Shown here: positions 9,166-17,696 of the stretch, in pieces | Layout of the letters: the number at the start of each line of letters is the position of its first letter | Numbering within the stretch: the first letter of the stretch is position 1 | NCBI GenBank assembly: GCA_018713755.1 | Contig: DVOG01000016.1 | Location: 1-35,768 of the forward strand | Source: Candidatus Spyradosoma merdigallinarum | GTDB taxonomy: Bacteria > Verrucomicrobiota > Verrucomicrobiia > Opitutales > UBA953 | Length of the DNA stretch: 35,768 nucleotides | Reading direction: 5' to 3' | Made by a program: the position numbers and the translations under genes | The notes under the pieces: model-generated | Database searches by the model: none | The model's input: the letters and a program-made list of their open reading frames with translations, nothing else | Told to the model about the DNA's origin: nothing

Positions 9166-9606
9166 CTAAGAGACGAAAAGGACGATCGCCGCCGCGACGT
9201 CGCGCGCGTGCGTGAGGGAAATCAGAACGCGCGCGCCGCCGCGTTCCCGCAGCGCTTTTTCCGCGCGGGCGGAAAGCTGCGGCACGGGAGCGCCGCGCTC
9301 GTCGCAGAGCACGCCGAAGTCCGTGAGCGAAAATTCCGCGCCGACGCCCGTGCCGAGCGCCTTGGAAAACGCCTCCTTCGCGGCCCAGCGCGCGGCGAAC
9401 GACGCCCATTGCGCGTTCCCGCGGGAACGGCACAGCGCGGTTTCTTCCGGCGTGAAAACTTTTTCCGCGAAGACGGTTCCGCTGCGTTCGAGCGCGCGCC
9501 GCACGCGGGCCGCGGACTCGATGTCGATGCCGGCGGCGACGACGTTCGTTCCCGCAGGAATCGGCGGGAACGCGGGAAAAATTCCGCTCTCTTCCGGCGT
9601 ATCCAA
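9166..9606 (-). CDS. acpS: Holo-[acyl-carrier-protein] synthase
   Basis: [33 protein letters not shown]; lies downstream of pdxJ; TTG start is uncertain. Confidence 0.92.
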   Translation of the reverse strand: MDTPEESGIFPAFPPIPAGTNVVAAGIDIESAARVRRALERSGTVFAEKVFTPEETALCRSRGNAQWASFAARWAAKEAFSKALGTGVGAEFSLTDFGVLCDERGAPVPQLSARAEKALRERGGARVLISLTHARDVAAAIVLFVS

Positions 9607-9649
9607 TTTTTTTAATACGTTTCTTTTTTCGCTTCCGCGGGGAAAGGTT

Positions 9650-10429
9650 TCACGGGCGCGGGGGCACGGTCAGCCCGTTGCGGATGCGCGCCTTCATTTC
9701 GCGGACGGCTTCTTCGATGCCGGTCATCAGCGCGCGGCAGAGAATCGAGTGCCCGATGTTCAGTTCGTGCAGGTGCGGCACTTCGACGATTTCGGCGACG
9801 TTCACGTAGCTGATGCCGTGTCCGGCGTTGGAGGCGATGCCGACGTTCGCGGCCGCTTCCGTCGCGCGGCACAGGCGGCGCAGCTCGCGGGAACGCGCGT
9901 CGCGGTCGTAATAGGCGTTGGCGTAGGCGCCGGTGTGAAATTCGATGAACGGCGCGCCGATTTTTTCCGCGGCGTCAATTTGCTTCTGTTCGGGATCGAG
10001 AAAGAGGCTGACGACGATGCCCGCCGCGGCGAAGTCCGCCGCGATGCCGCGGAGCTCGTCGATGCGCGCGGCGGCGTCGAGGCCGCCTTCCGTGGAAACT
10101 TCCTCGCGTCGCTCGGGAACGATGCAGACCGAATCCGGCTTCAGCTTCAGAGCGAAGTCGACCATCTCCGGCGTCGCCGCCGTTTCGAGATTGAGACGCG
10201 TGCGGATCGACTCGCGCAGACGCTGCACGTCGCGTTCCTGAATGTGGCGGCGGTCTTCGCGCAGATGCACGGTGATGCCGTCCGCGCCGGCCTGTTCCGC
10301 GGCGAGGGCGAGGGCGAGCGGATCCGGCTCGACCATCTGTCCGCAGGTGCGCGGATATTCGCGGTAGCGCGCCTGGCGCAGCGTTGCGGAGTGGTCGATG
10401 TTGACGCCGAGCAGAATCGTTTTTTTCAT
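9650..10429 (-). CDS. pdxJ: Pyridoxine 5'-phosphate synthase
   Basis: LGVNIDH, DGITVHLREDRRHI, VPERREEVSTEGGL, IEFHTG, AGHG, ELNIGH. Confidence 0.97.
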   Translation of the reverse strand: MKKTILLGVNIDHSATLRQARYREYPRTCGQMVEPDPLALALAAEQAGADGITVHLREDRRHIQERDVQRLRESIRTRLNLETAATPEMVDFALKLKPDSVCIVPERREEVSTEGGLDAAARIDELRGIAADFAAAGIVVSLFLDPEQKQIDAAEKIGAPFIEFHTGAYANAYYDRDARSRELRRLCRATEAAANVGIASNAGHGISYVNVAEIVEVPHLHELNIGHSILCRALMTGIEEAVREMKARIRNGLTVPPRP

Positions 10430-10470
10430 GGCGGCATTATCGGCCAAACCGCGCGGGAACGCCATTAAAA

Positions 10471-11523
10471 TCAGCGGCCGCGGTAGCCTCCGGCGTTTCG
10501 CCGCTGTTCGGCTTCTTCCCGCTTTCTTATCGCGTATTCGAGGTTCGCGCGTTCCCGCGCGAGATTCTCCGCTTTCCCTCTCGGAACGCCTTTCCGCTGA
10601 AGCTCCTCGGTTTTTTGTCGAACGGTCTGCTCGTAGGCGAGCCTTTCGGCGTTCGAGTCGTTCCCGTTCGCCTTGGCGCGAAGAATCTGAAGCTCCGCCT
10701 CTTCTTCTCTCACGGCTTCCGCCGCTTTCTTTTCGTATTCAAGGCGCAATTGTTCCCGCGCGCGCGTCGTTGCTTCCTGAAGGGAAAAACCGTTTTTTTG
10801 CAGTTCCTCGACTTTTTGGCGCTCTTCGCGGGCGAGTTCGAGTCTTTGAGCCAAGGCGTGATTCCCCGCGGCTTCCGCGCGCAGGATGCGCAGGTCTTCT
10901 TCGACTTCTTCCCGCGAGGCGCGAATCTTCTCTTCGGATTCGTCCTTCGCTTTCTTTGCCCGCTTTTCGCTCAGCTGCTTTTCAAGATCGATGTATTTCT
11001 GCACGGATGCGTCGACTTGCGCAAGCGACACGCCCGCCGCGAGAAATTGTTCCCGCAGTTCCGCGCGGAGAAGCTCTTCTTTGATTTCGGAAAGCTTTTC
11101 TTCACCGGCGATCTCCGCCTGCATGAGCTGCACTTTTTCCCGCAAGGCTTTCCGCGCGGAAGCTGCCGCGGCTTTGATCGACTCGATGCTTTTCCGCGTG
11201 GACAGAAGTTCCTTCGCGCGGGCGGCTTCTTCTTCCGAAAGCGTTTCGGCGCGTGAAAGCTCCGTCAGTTCCCGCTCGAGGGCTTCGAGACTTTCCGCGC
11301 CGACGAGCGCGAGCTCGACGCTGATTTTTGCGGACGCGCTTTGCGCGGCGGCGACGGAAAGTTCAGCGCGCGTCTTTTTCAGTTCTTCGGCGGCGATGTT
11401 TTCCGAAATTTGGTTCATTTCCCGCGGAATGCGTTCCGCGTCCTGCGCGGAGAAAGCTTGCGCGGCGCCGAGGCTGAGCAGAGAAACGAATAGCGCGTTT
11501 TTAGAGATTTCAGAGACGTTCAT
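10471..11523 (-). CDS. Putative exported coiled-coil protein with ~67-aa internal repeats
   Basis: Signal-peptide-like N-terminus (KNALFVSLLSLGAAQAFSA), then E/K/R/A/L-rich helix; repeats starting EEDLRILRAEAAGN and EAELQILRAKANGN. Confidence 0.7.
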   Translation of the reverse strand: MNVSEISKNALFVSLLSLGAAQAFSAQDAERIPREMNQISENIAAEELKKTRAELSVAAAQSASAKISVELALVGAESLEALERELTELSRAETLSEEEAARAKELLSTRKSIESIKAAAASARKALREKVQLMQAEIAGEEKLSEIKEELLRAELREQFLAAGVSLAQVDASVQKYIDLEKQLSEKRAKKAKDESEEKIRASREEVEEDLRILRAEAAGNHALAQRLELAREERQKVEELQKNGFSLQEATTRAREQLRLEYEKKAAEAVREEEAELQILRAKANGNDSNAERLAYEQTVRQKTEELQRKGVPRGKAENLARERANLEYAIRKREEAEQRRNAGGYRGR

Positions 11524-11750
11524 AACGCCGAAAATCAAAAGAAAATTCGGGCGCGGAGTCAAGAATACGAGAAACCCGCGTAACGCCTGGCGAATTTCGG
11601 CAGATTGCCGCAACAGCAATGGGGGATGGGATTGCGGAAGGCGGGCAGAGGGCTGAAAATCATTTCTGCACGGATTGAAGCAAGAGAACAGTTCCTAATC
11701 TCCGCCGGCCGTTTTATCCGTTAAAAGAAAACTGCCTTTGCCGCGGGTTG

Positions 11751-12422
11751 TTATGACACGCCTTTTTTCTTGAGATTTCTGTCGTTCTTTTCCGACAGCG
11801 AAAGCAGGACATCTGCGGGAGTTTTGAATAGGTAGTTTGCCGGTATTTCTTGCGCTTCCGCATTTCCCCACGCGGCAAGTCCGAAATCCAGCCCGGCATT
11901 TTTCGCACACTGACTGTCGTAAACGGTATCTCCTATATAAACGGCATCCCCGGCATGTATGTGGGCTGTGTTCAGATAGGTCAGCAAAGGATCAGGAAAA
12001 GGTTTGGGACGAGCGGCGTCTTCCACGCATATCACGGTGCCGAAATAGTCGGACAACGCAAAAAACGGGGCGGCAAAATCAGCCGCGTATTCGTTTCGGG
12101 TCTTGGATGTGACGATGCCCAGTTTGCAGCCGTTCGTTTTCAAGCTGCTCAATAACTCCGGGATGCCGTCGAAGAGCCGGATGCGGGATTTGTATTTCAG
12201 CAGATGCTCATTCCACCTGTCATTGGCGCGTTCCGTATCCGTTATGCCCAATTTGCGCAAGGCCACACTGCCCGGTATTCCAAGCGCGAATTTCAGTTCA
12301 TGCCTTCCGATGTCCTTATGCCGCATTTCCCGCACGGTATCTTGCAGGCTTCGCAGTATGGCTTCTTCCGTATCGATCAGCGTCCCGTCGATATCGAATA
12401 GGATATGCTTGTACTTTCCCAT
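11751..12422 (-). CDS. HAD family hydrolase (phosphoglycolate phosphatase/pyrophosphatase-like)
   Basis: LFDIDGTLIDT motif I, GIVTSK motif II, KPFPDP motif III, YIGDTVYD motif IV. Confidence 0.92.
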   Translation of the reverse strand: MGKYKHILFDIDGTLIDTEEAILRSLQDTVREMRHKDIGRHELKFALGIPGSVALRKLGITDTERANDRWNEHLLKYKSRIRLFDGIPELLSSLKTNGCKLGIVTSKTRNEYAADFAAPFFALSDYFGTVICVEDAARPKPFPDPLLTYLNTAHIHAGDAVYIGDTVYDSQCAKNAGLDFGLAAWGNAEAQEIPANYLFKTPADVLLSLSEKNDRNLKKKGVS

Positions 12423-12434
12423 CGCCGCCAGCTG

Positions 12435-12609
12435 TCAGATTCCGTTATCAATTTTCTTTATCACCCGGCAAGGATTGCCCGCCGCCGCGCAGTTGGCGGG
12501 AATGGAACAGGGACACTTTCTTGTGCGCAAAACCGTTTTTGCAATCTTCGGATTTTCGCTTTCGATGAAAGGTTCTCCCGCCAAGCATTTTCTCGTATTC
12601 CGTTTTCAT
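12435..12609 (-). pseudogene. Internally deleted, frameshifted maltose/galactoside O-acetyltransferase remnant
   Basis: MKTEYEKML, one extra base, then AGEPF...IPANCAAAGNPCRVIKKIDNGI*; matches the N- and C-terminal ends of Maa/LacA-family proteins, hexapeptide core missing; 175 nt (58 codons + 1). Confidence 0.7.
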
Positions 12610-12622
12610 AGTCTCTGCATTT

Positions 12623-13255
12623 TTAATCGAACTCCACCTGCCAGTTCTTGTCCGAACGGGCGGCAAAGCACATTTCTATTTGTTGATAACTGTTCTTGTC
12701 CACCGACAAGGGAGGCAGTTCGTTCAACCCGAAATAACCGCTTCCGACGGTTTCGATATTCGGATGGAAGCATCCGCCTTTCACCTCGCAAAGCACGAAT
12801 ACCTTGCACACATTGTAAGCGTATGGAGGCTGGTTGTGCAAGTTGCGGTCGTGCAGAGCGATGACCCGCACCGCTTCCACGTCAAGTCCGGCTTCTTCCT
12901 TCACTTCCTTGACGGTATTCGACTTCACGGTCTCCATCACATCCACCCATCCGCCGGGCAGGGACCAAGTCCCGTCATTTTCTTCTACCAACAAAATCTT
13001 ATCATCCTTGAAAATAGCTGCGCGGGTATCGAGCTTGGGAGTCTGAAATCCCGTCTCATTGCAAAACAAATCTTTCACTTGTGCCAGAGGAAGCTCGCCT
13101 TGCAGGCTGATTATCTCGGCGGCGATTTCCCGGACGCGTTCAAACCGCTCCTTGTCAAAAGGGTCTTTTGTGTAAGTCAGTCCCGCTTGCGCAATGAACT
13201 GAAGTTCTTTGGCCCATTCAAGCCATCGGCGTTCCTGCTCTCGTTTATTCATCAT
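12623..13255 (-). CDS. NUDIX hydrolase (ADP-ribose pyrophosphatase-like, with N-terminal extension)
   Basis: WAKELQFIAQAGLTY, GFQTPKLDTRAAIF, Nudix box LPGGWVDVMETVKSNTVKEVKEEAGL. Confidence 0.93.
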   Translation of the reverse strand: MMNKREQERRWLEWAKELQFIAQAGLTYTKDPFDKERFERVREIAAEIISLQGELPLAQVKDLFCNETGFQTPKLDTRAAIFKDDKILLVEENDGTWSLPGGWVDVMETVKSNTVKEVKEEAGLDVEAVRVIALHDRNLHNQPPYAYNVCKVFVLCEVKGGCFHPNIETVGSGYFGLNELPPLSVDKNSYQQIEMCFAARSDKNWQVEFD

Positions 13256-13287
13256 CGTTGCGGATCATTTAATTTTGAAAAAATAGG

Positions 13288-13319
13288 AAAAATTCCCGCG
13301 CGCTTTTTTGCGGCGGGAA
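13288..13319 (-). terminator. Putative terminator after the Rsm22-like gene, motif-based stem
   Basis: Minus strand TTCCCGC-CGCAAAAAAGCGC-GCGGGAA followed by TTTTT. Confidence 0.45.
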
Positions 13320-13334
13320 CGCCGGGGCGTTGCG

Positions 13335-14522
13335 CTACGGCGCGTATTTTTTCAGCGTTCCCGCGAAGCGGAAAAGCCCGTTCCCGCCGAGCGGCGAGAG
13401 CGTTCCCGCAAGAACGGCGACGTCGCCGCGCTCCCACTCCGCCGCGATTTTTTTGACTTTGCTTTTTGAGAGGCCGCGCGTCGGAATTTCCGCGGAAATC
13501 TTTTCTCCGCGCGGGTTGACGCCGACGAAGCGCAGGCAGCTCTTCGTCGCTTCCAGCGGGGAGACGAGGCGCACGACGTCCGCGGCGCCTTCGGGAACGG
13601 CGAACGTCCTCCCCGGCGTTTTTCCGAGCGCGCACCAGGAAAACTTGAGGACGGAGAGATCGCGGAAAAGCGTGCGGTTCAGGAAAGCGAGGGTTTCCGG
13701 CGGCGTCCATTTCCGCGCTTCGTGATTCCAGAAAATGCCTTCGCGCAGCAGCGGGCACGGGTGCGCGCCGAGTTCGGGAGCGAGGCGGAAAAACGGCTTT
13801 CCGGGATTCGCCGCGAACGCGTCGCTCGCGCGCTGGAGGCGTTCCGCGGTGATTTTCAGCGCGGGTTCGAGAGCGACGAGCGCGCCGCGTTCCGCGAGCA
13901 GCGGCGCGAGGCTTTTCAAAAACGGCGCAGCATCGGCGGGCGCGGGAACGGCTTCGTTCAAACTCCATCCGAGCAGAATCAAATCCTGCGGCGGCAGCGC
14001 AAGATCCGCGGGAACTCCTTTGCGCAAATCGGCGCGGACGGTTTCGACGGCGACGTTCCCGCCGGCCGCTCCCGCCGCCGCGAACGCTCTTGCCGCGTCG
14101 AGCGCGGCGCGGGAACGGTCAAGCGCCGTAATGAGAATTTTTCTTTCCGGGAAAATCTCCCGCAGTTCCGCCGCCGCCGCGAAGCCGCAGGGTGCGGCGC
14201 CGCTGCCGAGATCGAGCACGCGCAGCGGGGCGGGAGCGTCTTCCGGCGCGCGCCCGCAGAGCCCGAAAAGCCTGCGCAGGGCGAAACGCGCCCGCGCAAA
14301 GCTTTGCGGGAAGAAAAACAGTCCGTAGGCGGCGAGCAGGCGCGGCTCGCTCATGTAGTCGCGGAATTTGCCGTCGCGGGGACGTTCCGTCGTGAAAAGG
14401 TCGCTGAGCGCGCGGACGTCGGTGCGCGCCTTTTCGAGCAGCGTTTCCGTGTCCGTTCCCGCGGGAACGGACAGCGCCGCGCGGGTTTTTTCGAGCCAGA
14501 AAATTTCGGACGGAGACGGCAT
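13335..14522 (-). CDS. SAM-dependent methyltransferase, Rsm22-like family
   Basis: AYGLFFFP, VLDLGSGAAP (SAM motif I), DLILLGWSLNE, LVALEPA, HPCPL. Confidence 0.75.
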   Translation of the reverse strand: MPSPSEIFWLEKTRAALSVPAGTDTETLLEKARTDVRALSDLFTTERPRDGKFRDYMSEPRLLAAYGLFFFPQSFARARFALRRLFGLCGRAPEDAPAPLRVLDLGSGAAPCGFAAAAELREIFPERKILITALDRSRAALDAARAFAAAGAAGGNVAVETVRADLRKGVPADLALPPQDLILLGWSLNEAVPAPADAAPFLKSLAPLLAERGALVALEPALKITAERLQRASDAFAANPGKPFFRLAPELGAHPCPLLREGIFWNHEARKWTPPETLAFLNRTLFRDLSVLKFSWCALGKTPGRTFAVPEGAADVVRLVSPLEATKSCLRFVGVNPRGEKISAEIPTRGLSKSKVKKIAAEWERGDVAVLAGTLSPLGGNGLFRFAGTLKKYAP

Positions 14523-14529
14523 TTTCTTT

Positions 14530-15204
14530 TTACGCGGCGTAATCCGTCGGGTCGGGAACGCCGGCTTCGCGGAAAGCCTGCGCGCGCTCGATGCAGGTGG
14601 CGCACTTGCCGCAGTGCTTTTCTCCGCCGTTGTAGCAGGACCACGTCAGGCCGAACGGCACGCCGAGCTTCGCGCCGAGAGCGACGATTTCCGTTTTGCT
14701 CATGCCGACGAAGGGGCGCTCCAGCCGCAGCGGGTTCCAGTCCGCGACGCGCAGGACCGCGTCGAGTTTTTCCGCGAATTCCTCGCGGCAGTCGGGATAA
14801 ATCGCGTGGTCGCCGCCGTGCGCGGCGTAGGCGACGGTTTCGCACTTTTCGGCGATGGCCCACGACGCCGCAATCGAGACGAGCAGCAGGTTGCGCGCGG
14901 GAACGACCGTCGTCTTCATGCCCGCTTCGCTGTAGGCGCCTTCGCTGACGGGAACGCTTTTGTCCGTGAGCGCATTCGCGCCGAAAAACGCGGAAACGGC
15001 GCGCAGGTCGGCGACGCGATAGGGCACGCCGTAGTGCGCGCAGACGGCGCGCGCGGCGTCGATTTCGCGCGCGTGGCGCTGCCCGTAGTCGACGCCGAGC
15101 GCGAGCACGCGGCGCTTTTCGGCGACGAGCTTCGCCAAAAGAACGGACGAGTCCAGCCCGCCCGAGAGCAGCACGACGCTGCTTTTCGGATTTTCGGAAA
15201 CCAT
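14530..15204 (-). CDS. queC: 7-cyano-7-deazaguanine synthase
   Basis: LLSGGLDS, DYGQRH, TVVPARN, YPDCR, TWSCYNGGEKHCGKCATC. Confidence 0.97.
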   Translation of the reverse strand: MVSENPKSSVVLLSGGLDSSVLLAKLVAEKRRVLALGVDYGQRHAREIDAARAVCAHYGVPYRVADLRAVSAFFGANALTDKSVPVSEGAYSEAGMKTTVVPARNLLLVSIAASWAIAEKCETVAYAAHGGDHAIYPDCREEFAEKLDAVLRVADWNPLRLERPFVGMSKTEIVALGAKLGVPFGLTWSCYNGGEKHCGKCATCIERAQAFREAGVPDPTDYAA

Positions 15205-15321
15205 GCGGGAACTTTATTTTCCGCCGCGCGGGAAGGCAAAAAAAATCGGGCGGCGGCGGGGCGCGGTTCGTTGCGCCTTGTTTGATTTGACGTTTCCGCG
15301 GCGGCGGCGCATTTTCTGCGC

Positions 15322-16755
15322 ATGGCAGATTTTTCCGCAGCGACGGAAGCGCTGAAAAACGCGCTCGGGAGCGACGTCGTCCGCACGGACGAGGCCGCGC
15401 GCTTCGCCGCCTCGTTCGACAACACGCGGCTGTCCTTCATGCCGGACGCCGTCGTGTTTCCGCGCGACGAAGACGACGTCGGCGCCGTGCTGCGCGCGGC
15501 TTGCGCGAGCGGCGTTCCCGTGACGGTGCGCGGCGCGGGAACGGGGACGACCGGCGCGGCGGCGCCCGTCTGCGGCGGCTGGGCGCTTTCCCTCGCGCAT
15601 TGGACGCGGCTTGAAATCGATGCGGCGGCGGGCACGGCCGACGCGCAGCCCGGAGTCGTCACCCGGCGCGTCAGCGACGAGGCGGCGAAGTTCGGTCTGT
15701 TTTATCCGCCCGATCCCGCGAGCGTGAAATTCTGCACGATCGGCGGGAACATCGCGACGAACGCCGGCGGTCTGCGAGCCGCGAAATACGGCGTGACGCG
15801 CGACCACGTGATCGCGCTGGAAGGCTTTCTGCCGACGGGCGAAAAGGTGCGCTGGGGCGCTCCCGTGAAAAAGTTCGTCAGCGGCTACAACCTGCGTGAC
15901 CTGTGGATCGGCTCGGAGGGGACGCTCGGCGTCGTCACGCGCGCGCTGCTGCGGCTCGCGCCGCTCCCGGAAGCGCGGCGCACGTTTCTGTGCGCGTTCG
16001 ACGGCGACGCGGCGGCGCTGCGCGCGGCGGAAGCGCTGCTGCGCGCGCGCGTCGTGCCGTCCGTGTGCGAATTTTTGGACGCGCTGTCCGTCGGCTGCGC
16101 GGAGGCTTACCGCGGGAAAAAGTTTTTCGGGAAAAAATCCGCCGTGCTGCTCGTCGAAGTCGACGGCGACGCGGCGTCCGTCGCCGCGCAGGCGGAGCGC
16201 GTGCGCGCCTGGGCGCGCGGGAACGCGTCGGAGTTCCGCGAGACGGGCGACGCGGCGGAGGCGGAATCGCTTTGGGAGGCGCGCCGCATTTGCTCGCAGG
16301 CGATGTTTCTTTTGGCGGACGCCAAGCTCAACGAAGACGTCTGCGTTCCCGCGAGAAATTTCATTCCGCTGCTGGAAGCGATGCGGAAAATCACGGAGGA
16401 GACGGGGCTGGCGACGCCGATTTTCGGACATGCGGCCGACGGGAATCTGCACGTCCACATCATGTATCGCCGGGCGGACGCGCGGGAACGCGCGGCGGCG
16501 CAGACGGCGATTAGGCGCGTGATGGAGACCGTCGTCGCGCTCGACGGCGCCATCACCGGCGAGCACGGCATCGGGCTGTCGAAGTCGCCGTTTCTCGCGC
16601 TTCAGCACGCGCCGGCGGAAATCGCCGCGATGCGCGCCGTGAAAAGGGCGCTCGATCCGCAGGACATTCTCGGCCGCGGCAAAATCTTCACGCCGTTCAA
16701 CGTCTGGGACTGCGTTCCCGTCGACGTCGTTTTGCCCTGGGACAAAAAGAAATGA
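15322..16755 (+). CDS. FAD-binding oxidoreductase (GlcD/D-lactate dehydrogenase family)
   Basis: RGAGTG, PPDPAS, TIGGNIATNAGG, GSEGTLG, FGHAADGNLH, GAITGEHGIG, ALDP. Confidence 0.92.
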   Translation: MADFSAATEALKNALGSDVVRTDEAARFAASFDNTRLSFMPDAVVFPRDEDDVGAVLRAACASGVPVTVRGAGTGTTGAAAPVCGGWALSLAHWTRLEIDAAAGTADAQPGVVTRRVSDEAAKFGLFYPPDPASVKFCTIGGNIATNAGGLRAAKYGVTRDHVIALEGFLPTGEKVRWGAPVKKFVSGYNLRDLWIGSEGTLGVVTRALLRLAPLPEARRTFLCAFDGDAAALRAAEALLRARVVPSVCEFLDALSVGCAEAYRGKKFFGKKSAVLLVEVDGDAASVAAQAERVRAWARGNASEFRETGDAAEAESLWEARRICSQAMFLLADAKLNEDVCVPARNFIPLLEAMRKITEETGLATPIFGHAADGNLHVHIMYRRADARERAAAQTAIRRVMETVVALDGAITGEHGIGLSKSPFLALQHAPAEIAAMRAVKRALDPQDILGRGKIFTPFNVWDCVPVDVVLPWDKKK

Positions 16756-16824
16756 CGCGCGTTCCCGCCGCGCGTCCGCTCGCTCTCCCGCAGGAAAGGG
16801 GAAGTTTCGGCGAACGGGCGAAAA

Positions 16825-16867
16825 AAAAAGCGTTCCCGCGGGAAATTTCCCGGCGGGAACGCTTTTT
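16825..16867. terminator. Bidirectional terminator whose stem is an inverted pair of the dispersed motif
   Basis: AAAAAGCGTTCCCGC ... GCGGGAACGCTTTTT between the convergent glcD-like gene and rpmA. Confidence 0.85.
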
Positions 16868-16890
16868 CGTTGCGTCGGCTGCGCGAAAAA

Positions 16891-17145
16891 TTATTTCGCG
16901 GCGGCGGGCTCGATCGAGACTTTGCGATGCGCTTTGTCCCAAACGACCGTGCCGTCCTTGAGCGCGAACAGCGTGTAGTCGCGGCCCATGCCGACGTTGA
17001 GCCCGGCGCGCATTTTCGTGCCGCACTGCCGGATGAGAATGCTGCCGGCGCGGGCGAACTGCCCGCCGTAAAGCTTGACGCCGCGGCGCTGCGCGTTCGA
17101 GTCGCGTCCGTTGGAAGAAGTTCCTCCGCCCTTATGATGTGCCAT
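16891..17145 (-). CDS. rpmA: 50S ribosomal protein L27
   Basis: [34 protein letters not shown]; follows rplU. Confidence 0.96.
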   Translation of the reverse strand: MAHHKGGGTSSNGRDSNAQRRGVKLYGGQFARAGSILIRQCGTKMRAGLNVGMGRDYTLFALKDGTVVWDKAHRKVSIEPAAAK

Positions 17146-17176
17146 TGTATTTCCTTCTTGTTAAATGTTGAACCGC

Positions 17177-17491
17177 TTACGCGTTGATGGATTCGATTTT
17201 GATGACCGAAAGTTCCTGCCGGTGGCCGCGCGTGCGGCGATATCCTTTGCGGCGCTTCATCTTGAAGATGACGATTTTCTTGCCGCGCTTGTTTTCGAGG
17301 ATTTTCGCCGTGACGCTCGCGCCCGGAATCGTCGGCGTCCCGACCTTGGCGGTTTCGCCTTCGCCGGCGAAAATGACCTGGTCGATCGTGACGGTGTCGC
17401 CCGCCTGCGTCTCAGGATAGCGGTTGACGGAAAGAATGTCGCCCTCCTTGACGGTGAACTGGCGTCCCTGCGTGATGATTGTCGCTTTCAT
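17177..17491 (-). CDS. rplU: 50S ribosomal protein L21
   Basis: [31 protein letters not shown]. Confidence 0.97.
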   Translation of the reverse strand: MKATIITQGRQFTVKEGDILSVNRYPETQAGDTVTIDQVIFAGEGETAKVGTPTIPGASVTAKILENKRGKKIVIFKMKRRKGYRRTRGHRQELSVIKIESINA

Positions 17492-17696
17492 GTTGCTGAA
17501 AAATGTGAACGACTAAAAAACATCTCCGCGAGAAATTATGCAAGCGTTTTTTTTCGCGGGAACGGAAATGCGTTTTCGCGGGCGCCTCGCCCGTTCCCGC
17601 GGCGTTTTCTCAAAGACGGGAAAACGGACGTCGCGGGAATCGCCTCCGCTTTTTCGTTTTGAAAAAAGGCGGGAGTGGCGATTAAATCGGCGGCGC

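Larger units (their letters stand above)
11580..13270. other. Low-GC horizontally acquired island (NUDIX, maa remnant, HAD)
   Basis: Two sampled 60-nt lines gave 40% and 52% GC versus 67% and 77% in backbone lines; different codon usage; no CGTTCCCG/CGGGAACG copies seen; boundaries approximate; no integrase or transposase. Confidence 0.75.

Noticed and set aside
14530-15204. QueC-based defence or DNA-modification system (Dpd, Qat, type IV CBASS)
   Set aside because: Canonical short QueC with full host motif density and no dpd, qat or cyclase neighbours; ordinary queuosine biosynthesis is more likely.
16825-16867. REP/MITE or Neisseria dRS3-like (ATTCCC-N8-GGGAAT) mobile repeat family
   Set aside because: Loops and spacings differ between pairs, most motif copies are single and intragenic, and no transposase is present in the window.
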